Under the pieces are notes generated by a model. The model ran no database searches. It was not told the DNA's origin and worked only from the letters and a program-made list of their open reading frames with translations. Positions 10,667 through 22,226 of a DNA stretch of 64,000 bases are shown here, one piece after another (within the stretch, counting starts at the first letter, position 1; every line of letters starts with the position of its first letter). This DNA comes from Escherichia coli (GTDB lineage: Bacteria > Pseudomonadota > Gammaproteobacteria > Enterobacterales > Enterobacteriaceae): assembly GCF_003334335.1 (NCBI RefSeq), contig NZ_QOWQ01000019.1; one strand, written 5' to 3'. Position numbers and translations under genes: made by a program.

Positions 10667-11575
10667 TTAACTTTGCAGATAGCCGCATTCTCGCCGGAAT
10701 TGCGTGATTAATGACGCGGTCAGTGGTGTCTGGCGACTATCACGCCGCTGAATCAAATAATAGGCCGCTTTCGGTAAAATTTCGCTAACCGGCAACATCA
10801 CCAGCCCCTGTCCGTGCAAGGGATCGCAGCCCATTTCTTCAGGCAGTATGCTGAGAAAATCGCTTTTTGCCACCAGACTGATACAGGCTGAGAACGTCTC
10901 GCAGACTACACCGACCTGTGGCGTTTGCGCCTGATCGTCAAGCAATTCACTCAACTGTTTGTAGTAGCTGCCGTGTGGCGTCGGCATTGTCCAGCTGTAA
11001 TCCAGTAACTGTTTGATCGAACGGGCACCAATGGCGGGGTGTCCCGGGCGGCAAAAGATCGCGAATTGCTTTTCCAGTAATTTCTCAAAAGTAAATTCGT
11101 GGTCGTACGGTCCCTGATAATAGGTATTGATGGTGAAATCCAATTCTCCCTGACGCAATTCATTAATCATCGACACCAGTTGCCCTTCCATAATGCGTAC
11201 TTTTACCTGCGGATGCTGCTGATGAAAACGAGATATGACAGCTGGCATCAGACTGCGGGAAATACTGGCCCCCATGCCGATATTAATCTGCCCTGCCAGT
11301 TGCCCTTGTCGTTGGCGAATATCCTCTTGGGCTGCGCGCAGCTCTTCAAGAATTAGACTGGCGTGCTGATAAAAACTTTCACCGGCATCAGTTAACGTCA
11401 CGCCTTTACTACGGCGAAAAAAGAGTTGCGCCGCTAACCCTTCTTCTAGCTCCTGAATAGATTTACTCAGTGCCGGTTGCGACATATTCAACATTCGGCT
11501 CGCTCCGCGAATGCTGCCCTGACGAGCCACTTCAACAAAAGCCCGAATTTGATGAATTTTTACCTGAAAAGCCAT
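10667..11575 (-). CDS. abgR: LysR-family transcriptional regulator AbgR
   Basis: 302 aa; N-terminal HTH (QIRAFVEVARQGSIRGASRMLNMSQPALSKSIQELE); divergent from abgABT. Confidence 0.88.
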   Translation of the reverse strand: MAFQVKIHQIRAFVEVARQGSIRGASRMLNMSQPALSKSIQELEEGLAAQLFFRRSKGVTLTDAGESFYQHASLILEELRAAQEDIRQRQGQLAGQINIGMGASISRSLMPAVISRFHQQHPQVKVRIMEGQLVSMINELRQGELDFTINTYYQGPYDHEFTFEKLLEKQFAIFCRPGHPAIGARSIKQLLDYSWTMPTPHGSYYKQLSELLDDQAQTPQVGVVCETFSACISLVAKSDFLSILPEEMGCDPLHGQGLVMLPVSEILPKAAYYLIQRRDSRQTPLTASLITQFRRECGYLQS

Positions 11576-11750
11576 GACGCCACCGATAACCGTTATTTAT
11601 CAGACCAAAGAAACTGGCATCTACTTTAATGCAGATGATTGTGTCAGGGTAATTTATGAACGGTTAAAACTGTGAAAAATCAGTTAGTGATAAGTAAAAA
11701 CTATCGCTACGTGAACCGGGTCACACTTTTTACTGATGACGGGAAAGGTT

Positions 11751-13061
11751 ATGGAGTCTTTGAATCAATTTGTTAATTCGCTTGCCCCAAAATTATCGCA
11801 CTGGCGACGTGATTTTCATCACTATGCAGAGTCTGGCTGGGTGGAATTCCGCACTGCCACCCTTGTTGCGGAAGAATTGCACCAGCTCGGCTATTCACTG
11901 GCGCTGGGTCGCGAAGTAGTTAATGAAAGTAGCCGGATGGGATTACCTGATGAATTCACTCTACAACGCGAATTCGAGCGCGCTCGTCAACAGGGTGCGC
12001 TAGCACAATGGATTGCGGCTTTTGAAGGTGGTTTCACTGGTATCGTCGCCACCCTGGATACCGGTCGCCCCGGTCCGGTGATGGCTTTCCGTGTCGATAT
12101 GGACGCGCTGGATCTCAGTGAAGAGCAGGATGTCAGCCATCGCCCCTACCGCGACGGTTTTGCGTCATGTAACGCCGGAATGATGCATGCCTGTGGTCAT
12201 GATGGACATACCGCCATTGGGCTTGGGCTGGCGCATACCCTTAAACAGTTCGAGTCCGGACTACATGGCGTCATCAAACTGATTTTTCAGCCTGCAGAGG
12301 AAGGTACGCGTGGCGCGCGGGCGATGGTCGATGCAGGTGTCGTAGATGATGTTGATTATTTTACTGCCGTGCACATTGGCACTGGCGTACCTGCGGGCAC
12401 CGTGGTGTGCGGCAGTGATAATTTTATGGCAACCACCAAATTTGACGCGCACTTCACCGGTACCGCCGCTCACGCAGGCGCAAAACCAGAAGACGGTCAC
12501 AATGCCTTGTTGGCGGCAGCACAAGCCACTCTTGCACTGCATGCAATCGCCCCGCACAGCGAAGGAGCTTCCAGAGTAAACGTGGGCGTTATGCAGGCAG
12601 GAAGCGGTCGTAACGTTGTTCCTGCCTCGGCGTTGCTGAAAGTGGAAACACGCGGGGCCAGCGACGTCATTAATCAATATGTTTTTGACCGTGCACAACA
12701 AGCGATTCAGGGCGCAGCAACCATGTATGGTGTCGGCGTTGAAACTCGTCTGATGGGTGCAGCTACCGCCAGTTCTCCTTCGCCGCAATGGGTCGCATGG
12801 TTGCAAAGTCAGGCGGCTCAGGTCGCGGGGGTCAATCAGGCCATTGAACGTGTTGAAGCGCCTGCGGGTTCCGAAGATGCCACATTAATGATGGCCCGCG
12901 TGCAGCAACATCAAGGGCAAGCCTCCTACGTGGTGTTTGGCACACAGCTGGCGGCAGGTCATCACAACGAAAAATTCGATTTTGACGAGCAGGTTCTCGC
13001 TATTGCCGTCGAAACGCTGGCGCGCACCGCGCTCAATTTTCCCTGGACGCGAGGTATCTGA
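11751..13061 (+). CDS. abgA: p-aminobenzoyl-glutamate hydrolase subunit A (M20 peptidase)
   Basis: 436 aa from ATG 11751 (MESLNQFVNSL matches recalled AbgA); the track ORF begins 5 codons upstream. Confidence 0.88.
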   Translation: MESLNQFVNSLAPKLSHWRRDFHHYAESGWVEFRTATLVAEELHQLGYSLALGREVVNESSRMGLPDEFTLQREFERARQQGALAQWIAAFEGGFTGIVATLDTGRPGPVMAFRVDMDALDLSEEQDVSHRPYRDGFASCNAGMMHACGHDGHTAIGLGLAHTLKQFESGLHGVIKLIFQPAEEGTRGARAMVDAGVVDDVDYFTAVHIGTGVPAGTVVCGSDNFMATTKFDAHFTGTAAHAGAKPEDGHNALLAAAQATLALHAIAPHSEGASRVNVGVMQAGSGRNVVPASALLKVETRGASDVINQYVFDRAQQAIQGAATMYGVGVETRLMGAATASSPSPQWVAWLQSQAAQVAGVNQAIERVEAPAGSEDATLMMARVQQHQGQASYVVFGTQLAAGHHNEKFDFDEQVLAIAVETLARTALNFPWTRGI

Positions 13062-14506
13062 TGCAGGAAATCTATCGTTTTATCGACGATGCGATTGAAG
13101 CCGATCGCCAACGTTATACCGATATTGCCGATCAAATCTGGGATCATCCAGAAACACGTTTTGAAGAGTTCTGGTCAGCGGAGCATCTGGCTTCGGCGCT
13201 GGAATCTGCAGGCTTCACCGTTACCCGCAACGTAGGCAATATCCCAAATGCCTTTATTGCTTCGTTTGGTCAAGGCAAACCGGTTATCGCCCTGCTGGGA
13301 GAATATGACGCCCTGGCAGGTTTAAGTCAGCAAGCAGGTTGCGCGCAACCTACATCCGTGACGCCCGGTGAAAATGGTCACGGTTGCGGACACAATTTGC
13401 TGGGAACCGCCGCCTTTGCCGCTGCAATAGCCGTCAAGAAATGGCTGGAACAATATGGGCAAGGCGGCACGGTGCGCTTTTATGGTTGTCCTGGCGAAGA
13501 AGGCGGCTCGGGTAAAACGTTCATGGTTCGCGAGGGGGTATTTGATGATGTGGATGCGGCACTCACCTGGCACCCGGAAGCCTTTGCCGGTATGTTCAAT
13601 ACCCGCACGCTGGCAAACATTCAGGCATCATGGCGCTTTAAAGGGATCGCAGCACATGCCGCGAATTCCCCTCATTTGGGACGCAGCGCCCTTGATGCCG
13701 TAACGTTGATGACCACTGGCACCAACTTCCTCAACGAACATATTATTGAAAAAGCGCGCGTACACTATGCCATCACAAATAGCGGCGGGATCTCGCCCAA
13801 CGTGGTCCAGGCGCAGGCAGAAGTGCTTTATCTTATCCGCGCCCCCGAAATGACCGACGTGCAGCATATTTATGATCGGGTCGCCAAAATCGCCGAAGGT
13901 GCGGCATTGATGACCGAAACCACGGTTGAATGCCGCTTCGACAAAGCCTGTTCCAGTTATCTCCCGAATCGCACCTTAGAAAATGCCATGTACCAGGCCC
14001 TATCCCATTTTGGTACCCCGGAATGGAACTCCGAAGAACTGGCTTTTGCGAAACAAATTCAGGCTACGCTCACCTCCAACGATCGGCAAAACAGTCTGAA
14101 TAATATCGCCGCAACCGGTGGCGAAAACGGCAAGGTTTTTGCACTACGTCATCGTGAAACGGTACTGGCGAATGAAGTCGCTCCATATGCCGCCACCGAT
14201 AACGTGCTTGCGGCATCGACTGATGTCGGCGACGTCAGTTGGAAACTGCCTGTTGCCCAGTGTTTCAGCCCCTGTTTTGCCGTCGGTACACCGCTACATA
14301 CGTGGCAACTGGTTAGCCAGGGGCGAACATCTATTGCTCATAAAGGAATGCTGCTGGCGGCGAAAACTATGGCAGCAACCACAGTCAATCTCTTCCTTGA
14401 TTCAGGGCTATTGCAAGAATGCCAACAAGAGCATCAGCAAGTAACGGACACGCAACCGTATCACTGCCCTATCCCGAAAAACGTGACACCGTCACCTTTA
14501 AAATAA
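13061..14506 (+). CDS. abgB: p-aminobenzoyl-glutamate hydrolase subunit B (M20 peptidase)
   Basis: 481 aa; start overlaps the abgA stop (TGATG); N-terminus MQEIYRFIDDAIEADRQRYTDIADQIWDHPE. Confidence 0.9.
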   Translation: MQEIYRFIDDAIEADRQRYTDIADQIWDHPETRFEEFWSAEHLASALESAGFTVTRNVGNIPNAFIASFGQGKPVIALLGEYDALAGLSQQAGCAQPTSVTPGENGHGCGHNLLGTAAFAAAIAVKKWLEQYGQGGTVRFYGCPGEEGGSGKTFMVREGVFDDVDAALTWHPEAFAGMFNTRTLANIQASWRFKGIAAHAANSPHLGRSALDAVTLMTTGTNFLNEHIIEKARVHYAITNSGGISPNVVQAQAEVLYLIRAPEMTDVQHIYDRVAKIAEGAALMTETTVECRFDKACSSYLPNRTLENAMYQALSHFGTPEWNSEELAFAKQIQATLTSNDRQNSLNNIAATGGENGKVFALRHRETVLANEVAPYAATDNVLAASTDVGDVSWKLPVAQCFSPCFAVGTPLHTWQLVSQGRTSIAHKGMLLAAKTMAATTVNLFLDSGLLQECQQEHQQVTDTQPYHCPIPKNVTPSPLK

Positions 14507-14542
14507 CAACAACAACGCAAACACAACAACCGAGGAATGCCC

Positions 14543-16069
14543 ATGAGTATGTCATCCATACCGTCGTCCTCCCAATCCGGGAAGCTCTATGGCTGGGTCG
14601 AAAGAATTGGTAACAAGGTTCCCCATCCTTTTCTGCTCTTTATCTATTTGATTATCGTACTCATGGTGACGACGGCAATTTTGTCGGCCTTTGGCGTCAG
14701 TGCGAAAAACCCGACCGATGGTACGCCGGTCGTGGTGAAAAACCTGCTCAGTGTGGAAGGATTACACTGGTTTTTACCCAATGTTATTAAAAACTTTAGC
14801 GGTTTTGCTCCACTTGGTGCGATCCTGGCGCTGGTTTTAGGTGCCGGTCTGGCGGAGCGCGTCGGCTTACTGCCAGCACTAATGGTTAAAATGGCATCGC
14901 ATGTTAATGCCCGCTACGCCAGTTATATGGTGCTGTTTATTGCTTTTTTCAGCCACATTTCTTCCGATGCGGCGTTAGTGATCATGCCACCGATGGGTGC
15001 GCTGATTTTTCTGGCGGTGGGCAGGCATCCAGTTGCAGGTTTACTGGCTGCCATTGCAGGCGTAGGTTGCGGCTTTACGGCTAATTTACTGATTGTCACA
15101 ACCGACGTGTTGCTGTCGGGGATCAGCACGGAAGCGGCAGCTGCGTTCAATCCGCAAATGCACGTCAGTGTAATTGATAACTGGTATTTTATGGCCAGCT
15201 CCGTAGTCGTACTGACGATTGTTGGCGGCCTGATAACCGACAAAATCATCGAGCCACGGTTAGGTCAATGGCAGGGAAACAGCGATGAGAAACTGCAGAC
15301 ATTGACCGAAAGTCAGCGTTTTGGTTTACGCATAGCAGGTGTCGTATCGCTACTTTTTATTGCTGCGATTGCGCTGATGGTGATCCCGCAAAACGGGATA
15401 TTGCGCGATCCGATTAATCACACCGTGATGCCATCACCCTTTATTAAAGGTATCGTGCCACTGATCATTCTTTTTTTCTTTGTTGTCTCGCTGGCTTATG
15501 GCATCGCTACCCGCACAATTCGACGTCAGGCGGATTTACCGCATTTAATGATTGAACCGATGAAAGAGATGGCGGGATTTATCGTGATGGTTTTTCCCCT
15601 CGCCCAATTTGTCGCCATGTTTAACTGGAGCAACATGGGGAAATTCATCGCCGTGGGGCTGACCGATATACTGGAAAGTTCAGGGCTTAGCGGCATCCCG
15701 GCGTTTGTCGGTCTGGCGTTGCTTTCCTCTTTCTTATGCATGTTTATTGCCAGCGGTTCCGCAATCTGGTCGATTCTTGCCCCCATTTTCGTACCAATGT
15801 TTATGCTACTTGGCTTTCACCCGGCATTTGCGCAAATCCTCTTTCGTATTGCCGACTCATCCGTATTGCCTTTAGCGCCGGTATCTCCTTTTGTTCCACT
15901 GTTTCTTGGATTCCTGCAACGCTACAAACCAGACGCGAAACTGGGTACTTACTATTCGTTAGTCTTGCCCTATCCACTTATCTTTTTGGTGGTATGGCTG
16001 CTGATGTTGCTGGCGTGGTATCTTGTCGGTCTGCCGATAGGTCCGGGTATTTACCCACGTTTGTCTTAA
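14543..16069 (+). CDS. abgT: p-aminobenzoyl-glutamate transporter (AbgT family)
   Basis: 508 aa from ATG 14543 ([23 protein letters not shown] matches recalled AbgT); multi-pass membrane protein. Confidence 0.88.
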
Positions 16070-16079
16070 GAGAGAACGG

Positions 16080-16595
16080 ATGCTGAGATTACTTGAAGAA
16101 AAAATTGCCACGCCACTGGGTCCACTGTGGGTGATTTGCGATGAGCAATTTCGCCTGCGGGCGGTTGAATGGGAAGAGTACAGCGAACGCATGGTGCAGC
16201 TGCTGGACATCCATTATCGCAAAGAAGGCTATGAGCGCATTTCTGCCACCAATCCAGGCGGTTTAAGCGACAAGCTTCGTGAATATTTTGCCGGTAATCT
16301 TAGCATTATTGATACGCTTCCCACTGCTACGGGGGGGACGCCATTTCAGCGCGAAGTCTGGAAAACACTACGCACTATCCCCTGCGGGCAGGTAATGCAT
16401 TACGGCCAACTGGCTGAGCAATTGGGCCGTCCTGGCGCGGCGCGTGCCGTTGGTGCGGCAAACGGATCGAATCCCATCAGCATCGTCGTACCTTGCCATC
16501 GGGTTATTGGCCGAAACGGCACCATGACCGGATATGCAGGCGGAGTTCAGCGAAAAGAGTGGTTATTGCGCCATGAAGGTTATCTTTTGCTGTAA
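16080..16595 (+). CDS. ogt: O6-methylguanine-DNA methyltransferase
   Basis: 171 aa; active-site PCHRV motif; N-terminus [26 protein letters not shown] matches recalled Ogt. Confidence 0.9.
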
Positions 16596-16756
16596 ACATT
16601 AAACAATTTGTGCCAGCTTGTTCACACTTTTATGTAAAGTTACCCTTAACAACTTAAGGGTTTTCAAATAGATAGACATATATTTACATCTAATATCGGA
16701 ATTCTCTGCTGTTAAGGTTTGCTTAGACTTACTTGCTCCCTAAAAAGATGTTAAAA

Positions 16757-16770
16757 TTGACAAATATCAA
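16757..16770 (+). promoter_or_regulatory. FNR box in the fnr promoter (autoregulatory site)
   Basis: TTGACAAATATCAA is a near-perfect match to TTGAT-N4-ATCAA, about 20 bp upstream of the fnr ATG. Confidence 0.55.
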
Positions 16771-16789
16771 TTACGGCTTGAGCAGACCT

Positions 16790-17542
16790 ATGATCCCGGA
16801 AAAGCGAATTATACGGCGCATTCAGTCTGGCGGTTGTGCTATCCATTGCCAGGATTGCAGCATCAGCCAGCTTTGCATCCCGTTCACACTCAACGAACAT
16901 GAGCTTGATCAGCTTGATAATATCATTGAGCGGAAGAAGCCTATTCAGAAAGGCCAGACGCTGTTTAAGGCTGGTGATGAACTTAAATCGCTTTATGCCA
17001 TCCGCTCCGGTACGATTAAAAGTTATACCATCACTGAGCAAGGCGACGAGCAAATCACTGGTTTCCATTTAGCAGGCGACCTGGTGGGATTTGACGCCAT
17101 CGGCAGCGGCCATCACCCGAGCTTCGCGCAGGCGCTGGAAACCTCGATGGTATGTGAAATCCCGTTCGAAACGCTGGACGATTTGTCCGGTAAAATGCCG
17201 AATCTGCGTCAGCAGATGATGCGTCTGATGAGCGGTGAAATCAAAGGCGATCAGGACATGATCCTGCTGTTGTCGAAGAAAAATGCCGAGGAACGTCTGG
17301 CTGCATTCATCTACAACCTGTCCCGTCGTTTTGCCCAACGCGGCTTCTCCCCTCGTGAATTCCGCCTGACGATGACTCGTGGCGATATCGGTAACTATCT
17401 GGGCCTGACGGTAGAAACCATCAGCCGTCTGCTGGGTCGCTTCCAGAAAAGCGGCATGCTGGCAGTCAAAGGTAAATACATCACCATCGAAAATAACGAT
17501 GCGCTGGCCCAGCTTGCTGGTCATACGCGTAACGTTGCCTGA
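16790..17542 (+). CDS. fnr: fumarate/nitrate reduction global regulator FNR (CRP/FNR family)
   Basis: 250 aa from ATG 16790; N-terminus [43 protein letters not shown] with the Cys cluster of the Fe-S sensor; the track ORF from 16733 is an upstream extension. Confidence 0.95.
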
Positions 17543-17693
17543 TTTTTCCGCATAACTCACTATCCTTCTGTCATATCATTAAATTTTTCTGATTTATTGA
17601 TCTGGCAGAAGGTTCATCACTGTTTCATTCACCAGATATGGGTTAATCTTTTAATTACAAACTGCGTTGACAGTTGTTGTAAGGAGACCCTGT

Positions 17694-18644
17694 ATGGCTA
17701 TGTATCAGAACATGCTCGTTGTTATCGATCCTAACCAGGACGACCAACCAGCATTGCGGCGAGCTGTTTATTTACATCAACGGATTGGTGGCAAAATTAA
17801 AGCCTTTTTGCCGATCTATGACTTCTCATACGAAATGACCACCCTGCTCTCCCCGGACGAACGTACCGCTATGCGTCAGGGCGTCATCAGCCAGCGTACA
17901 GCCTGGATCCACGAGCAGGCAAAATATTATCTCAATGCTGGCGTTCCCATTGAAATTAAAGTGGTCTGGCATAACCGTCCTTTCGAAGCCATCATTCAGG
18001 AAGTGATCAGCGGCGGACACGATTTGGTGCTAAAAATGGCGCACCAACATGACCGTCTGGAAGCGGTGATTTTTACGCCAACGGACTGGCATCTGTTACG
18101 CAAATGCCCAAGCCCGGTGTGGATGGTGAAAGACCAGCCGTGGCCGGAAGGAGGCAAGGCGCTGGTGGCGGTGAATCTCGCCAGTGAAGAGCCGTATCAT
18201 AATGCGCTCAATGAAAAACTGGTCAAAGAGACGATCGAACTGGCAGAACAAGTCAACCATACCGAAGTTCATCTGGTTGGCGCTTATCCGGTAACGCCAA
18301 TTAATATCGCGATTGAACTGCCGGAATTTGACCCGAGCGTTTATAACGATGCCATTCGTGGGCAACATTTGCTGGCAATGAAAGCCCTGCGGCAGAAATT
18401 CGGCATTAATGAAAACATGACGCACGTAGAAAAAGGTCTGCCAGAAGAGGTGATTCCTGATTTGGCGGAGCACTTACAGGCGGGGATTGTGGTTCTGGGC
18501 ACGGTAGGACGCACCGGTATTTCAGCAGCATTCCTCGGCAACACGGCGGAACAGGTGATTGATCATCTTCGCTGCGACCTGCTGGTCATTAAACCTGACC
18601 AGTATCAGACACCCGTTGAACTGGATGACGAAGAAGACGATTAA
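17694..18644 (+). CDS. uspE: universal stress protein E (tandem Usp domains)
   Basis: 316 aa from ATG 17694 preceded by AAGGAG; [17 protein letters not shown] matches recalled UspE. Confidence 0.9.
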   Translation: MAMYQNMLVVIDPNQDDQPALRRAVYLHQRIGGKIKAFLPIYDFSYEMTTLLSPDERTAMRQGVISQRTAWIHEQAKYYLNAGVPIEIKVVWHNRPFEAIIQEVISGGHDLVLKMAHQHDRLEAVIFTPTDWHLLRKCPSPVWMVKDQPWPEGGKALVAVNLASEEPYHNALNEKLVKETIELAEQVNHTEVHLVGAYPVTPINIAIELPEFDPSVYNDAIRGQHLLAMKALRQKFGINENMTHVEKGLPEEVIPDLAEHLQAGIVVLGTVGRTGISAAFLGNTAEQVIDHLRCDLLVIKPDQYQTPVELDDEEDD

Positions 18645-18664
18645 CGACTCTTCAATAACTGACA

Positions 18665-18691
18665 AGGCCCGAGTTATCGGGCCTATTTTTT
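18665..18691. terminator. hairpin terminator between convergent uspE and ynaJ
   Basis: AGGCCCGA-gtta-TCGGGCCT followed by ATTTTTT. Confidence 0.5.
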
Positions 18692-18693
18692 AC

Positions 18694-18951
18694 TTACTGC
18701 TCTTCGCCGCCAAGGAAATAAATTCCCAACGGGATTGCCAGCAACACAGTAAAGACCAGGCTATAAACAAAAATCATCGATGACTGAATCACATACATTG
18801 ATGTCGTCCACTCAGACAGCGGAATATTGTACTGTTCTATAACGCCGCCGATGGTCGCGCGAGTCACAACCGACGCCGCAATAATGAAAACCGCCAACAA
18901 ACCAAAGAGAAATTTCTTCCCTTTCGCTGACTTCAGTTTCGCCATAATCAT
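18694..18951 (-). CDS. ynaJ: small inner-membrane protein YnaJ (DUF2534)
   Basis: 85 aa; two predicted transmembrane segments; N-terminus MIMAKLKSAKGKKFLFGLLAVFIIAASV matches recalled YnaJ. Confidence 0.8.
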   Translation of the reverse strand: MIMAKLKSAKGKKFLFGLLAVFIIAASVVTRATIGGVIEQYNIPLSEWTTSMYVIQSSMIFVYSLVFTVLLAIPLGIYFLGGEEQ

Positions 18952-19194
18952 GATGTAATCCTTGTGCAGACAAATTTCTTGTTACCTAAACGTAACAATA
19001 CCATGACATTTCACCGTTGTCTGCTCTGAAAACCTCACCTCTTAGCTGGATTTACAATCAACGCATTGATTAGTTAGCTAATGTTGCTACTTCCTTCCCT
19101 GACTATTGATGATCTGAATGAATTGTCGCGGTAAAATAGCCCCGCCAGGGGTTTCCGGCATGACGACAATTATCTGGAGGAGCCTGATAAAACA

Positions 19195-20226
19195 ATGATC
19201 GCTGAACTGTTTACAAATAATGCGCTTAATCTGGTCATTATTTTCGGTAGCTGCGCAGCATTGATTCTGATGAGCTTTTGGTTTCGCCGTGGAAATCGTA
19301 AAAGAAAAGGATTTTTATTCCATGCGGTGCAATTTTTAATCTACACCATAATTATCAGTGCTGTTGGTAGCATTATTAATTATGTTATAGAAAACTATAA
19401 ACTCAAATTTATCACCCCAGGCGTTATCGATTTTATCTGTACGTCCCTGATTGCGGTTATTCTGACGATTAAGCTATTTCTGCTGATTAATCAGTTTGAA
19501 AAACAGCAGATTAAAAAAGGTCGCGATATCACCAGTGCGCGGATTATGTCGCGTATCATCAAAATCACCATTATTGTGGTGCTTGTTCTGCTTTATGGCG
19601 AACATTTCGGCATGAGCCTTTCTGGCTTGCTGACCTTTGGTGGTATTGGTGGTCTGGCTGTCGGTATGGCCGGTAAAGATATTCTGAGTAACTTCTTTTC
19701 CGGGATTATGCTCTATTTCGACCGTCCTTTCAGTATTGGCGACTGGATCCGTTCACCGGACAGAAATATCGAAGGTACAGTAGCGGAAATTGGCTGGCGA
19801 ATTACCAAAATTACGACCTTTGATAATCGTCCATTGTACGTACCGAACTCGCTGTTTTCGTCGATCAGCGTAGAAAACCCAGGACGAATGACCAACCGCC
19901 GCATTACCACGACCATTGGTTTACGTTATGAGGATGCGGCAAAAGTGGGCGTTATTGTCGAAGCTGTACGTGAGATGCTGAAAAATCACCCGGCCATCGA
20001 CCAGCGACAAACCTTACTGGTTTATTTCAACCAGTTTGCTGACTCTTCATTGAATATTATGGTTTATTGCTTTACCAAAACCACGGTATGGGCTGAATGG
20101 CTTGCTGCACAGCAAGACGTTTATTTGAAGATTATCGATATTGTACAGTCACACGGCGCGGACTTTGCCTTCCCCAGCCAGACGCTGTATATGGATAACA
20201 TTACACCGCCGGAACAGGGTCGCTAA
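19195..20226 (+). CDS. ynaI: MscS-family mechanosensitive channel YnaI
   Basis: 343 aa; N-terminal transmembrane helices followed by an MscS-like beta domain; position next to ynaJ as in K-12. Confidence 0.88.
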
Positions 20227-20237
20227 ATCAGACATCA

Positions 20238-20265
20238 CTGGCGTTATGCACAAGGGTAACGCCAG
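20238..20265. terminator. hairpin between convergent ynaI and mppA
   Basis: CTGGCGTTA-tgcacaaggg-TAACGCCAG, a 9-bp stem. Confidence 0.5.
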
Positions 20266-20276
20266 TTCCCATCACA

Positions 20277-21890
20277 TCAATGCTTCACAATATACATAGT
20301 CCGACTGTACGCCACATCTTCAGGATTATTAATGGGATAACCTTTCAGCCACGGCTTGATTAATCGTCCATTGGTATATTGATAAATTGGTGCAATCGGT
20401 GCTTGCTCCATGAGGATTTTTTCTGCCGCGTTGTAATCGGCATTACGCGCTTTAACGGTATTTTCCGTCGATGCCTGGGCCAGAACTTTGTCATATGCCG
20501 GATTGTTAAAGCGTGAAATATTTCCTGAATGCGTTGACGTTAATAATGTCAGGAAAGTGGAGGGTTCATTATAATCCCCCACCCACGAGGCGCGGATAAC
20601 ATCAAAATTGCCGGTGTTACGGCTATCGATATAGGTTTTCCATTCCTGATTTTGCAATTTAACATCTACGCCAAGGTTCTTTTTCCACATCGATGCTACA
20701 GCAATCGCAATTTTTTGATGGTTTTCTGAAGTGTTATACAAAAGCGTCAGCTTCAGCGGTTTTTGCGGACCATAACCAGCTGCGCTCAACAAAGTTTTTG
20801 CCTGCGCATTCAGTTCTTCCTGACTCATTTGTTCAAACGGCGAAGGTTCCGGCGTAAATCCCGCGGTAACATCTGGTGTAAAATGCCACGCTGGCTTTTC
20901 GCCCGTCCCTAATACTTTTTCGGTCATCAGGCGGCGATCTATCGTCATACTTAATGCCAGACGAACGCGCTGATCTGCCGTCGGCCCTTTTTGCGTGTTA
21001 AACGCATAATAATAGGTCCCGAGCTGCGGCGGCGTATAAACCTGCCCCGGAATATCCTTCAACAGCTTCTGATACATATTTTTCGGGAAGGATTCGGTGA
21101 TATCAATATCCCCCGCGAGGTAACGCTTAGTGGCTGCGGATTCCTGATTAATTGGCAGGAAGGTCACTTTTTGCAGTACCGTTTTGGCGTTATCCCAATA
21201 ATGGGTATTCGGTACCACGACCAGTTTTTCATTGACTACGCGCTCTTTAAGAACATAAGCGCCATTGCCGATCAGATTTCCGGGTTTCGTCCACTCTTTA
21301 CCGCTTTCTACGTTGGCTTTTTGCACCGGGAAGAAGGCAAAGTTAGCGGTTAAATTCACAAACCACGGCAACGGTTTATCAAGCTGAATTTTCAAAGTAT
21401 GGGCATCAACTGCGGTGACGCCAAGCTGGTCAGGCGTAGCTTTACCATCAATAATCGCCTGTGCGTTGTTGATTCCCGCCAGCGCGGCAAACCATGCAAA
21501 TGGCGACAATGTTTTTGGGTCCACCAGACGTTGCCAGCTGTAGACAAAATCTTGCGCCGTTACCGGTGTGCCATCCGCCCATTTTGCGTTATCGCGCAGG
21601 GTAAAAGTCCAGATACGGTTGTCATTACTTTTCCACTGAGTCGCAACGCCGGGGACAATCTCCCCTTTTTCGTTCTGATTCACCAGACCTTCAAACAGAT
21701 CGCGAATGACCTGAATCTCTGGCAGGCCCACGGCTTTAGCGGGATCCAGCGACGCAGGCTCATCTTTAATGTGGCGCACCAGCTCCTGCTTCTCTGCCAG
21801 TACTGTGCCGCTCGGAACTTCTGCAGCATACGAAAGAGAAATGCTGCTGACCAACAGCGCACAACACGTGACTGAAACAGAGTGCTTCAT
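20277..21890 (-). CDS. mppA: periplasmic murein tripeptide-binding protein (OppA paralogue)
   Basis: About 537 aa from ATG 21890 (MKHSVSVTCCALLVSSISLSYA signal peptide, matching recalled MppA); the track ORF extends 7 codons upstream. Confidence 0.88.
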   Translation of the reverse strand: MKHSVSVTCCALLVSSISLSYAAEVPSGTVLAEKQELVRHIKDEPASLDPAKAVGLPEIQVIRDLFEGLVNQNEKGEIVPGVATQWKSNDNRIWTFTLRDNAKWADGTPVTAQDFVYSWQRLVDPKTLSPFAWFAALAGINNAQAIIDGKATPDQLGVTAVDAHTLKIQLDKPLPWFVNLTANFAFFPVQKANVESGKEWTKPGNLIGNGAYVLKERVVNEKLVVVPNTHYWDNAKTVLQKVTFLPINQESAATKRYLAGDIDITESFPKNMYQKLLKDIPGQVYTPPQLGTYYYAFNTQKGPTADQRVRLALSMTIDRRLMTEKVLGTGEKPAWHFTPDVTAGFTPEPSPFEQMSQEELNAQAKTLLSAAGYGPQKPLKLTLLYNTSENHQKIAIAVASMWKKNLGVDVKLQNQEWKTYIDSRNTGNFDVIRASWVGDYNEPSTFLTLLTSTHSGNISRFNNPAYDKVLAQASTENTVKARNADYNAAEKILMEQAPIAPIYQYTNGRLIKPWLKGYPINNPEDVAYSRTMYIVKH

Positions 21891-22226
21891 AAGTTTCCCT
21901 CTAACCGACATTAAAATTGATGCGTAATTATTTGTTTCGCCTTAAAGAAATGCAAACAACTTCCATCAAAAAAGTGACAAAGGAAGCATCAAATGTTTTA
22001 AGTATCAATATATCAAATCAGATTTAGTGTAAATAATAGTCTCCAAAATGCGGTAAAGCACATAGAACTCCGAACACTACGTTCGGGCTTCGCACGTTCA
22101 AACCCGTTTTCGGTATCATAATCAGCATCTGTCGCCATTGTACGAAGAATAAAAAATGACCAAAACGTTGAAAGGAACTGAGAATACGTTAAGAGAAGAA
22201 TTAAATTAATGTATCAGCAAGTAGTG

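Noticed and set aside
16733-16789. N-terminal extensions of track ORFs (shown here for fnr; same pattern at uspF, dgcM, abgA, uspE, mppA, mpaA, ycjG, tyrR, ycjM, pspD, pspF, puuC, puuD, puuA, puuP)
   Set aside because: In each case an internal ATG/GTG reproduces the recalled N-terminus of the known E. coli protein and usually has a better Shine-Dalgarno sequence; the extensions are upstream in-frame read-through.
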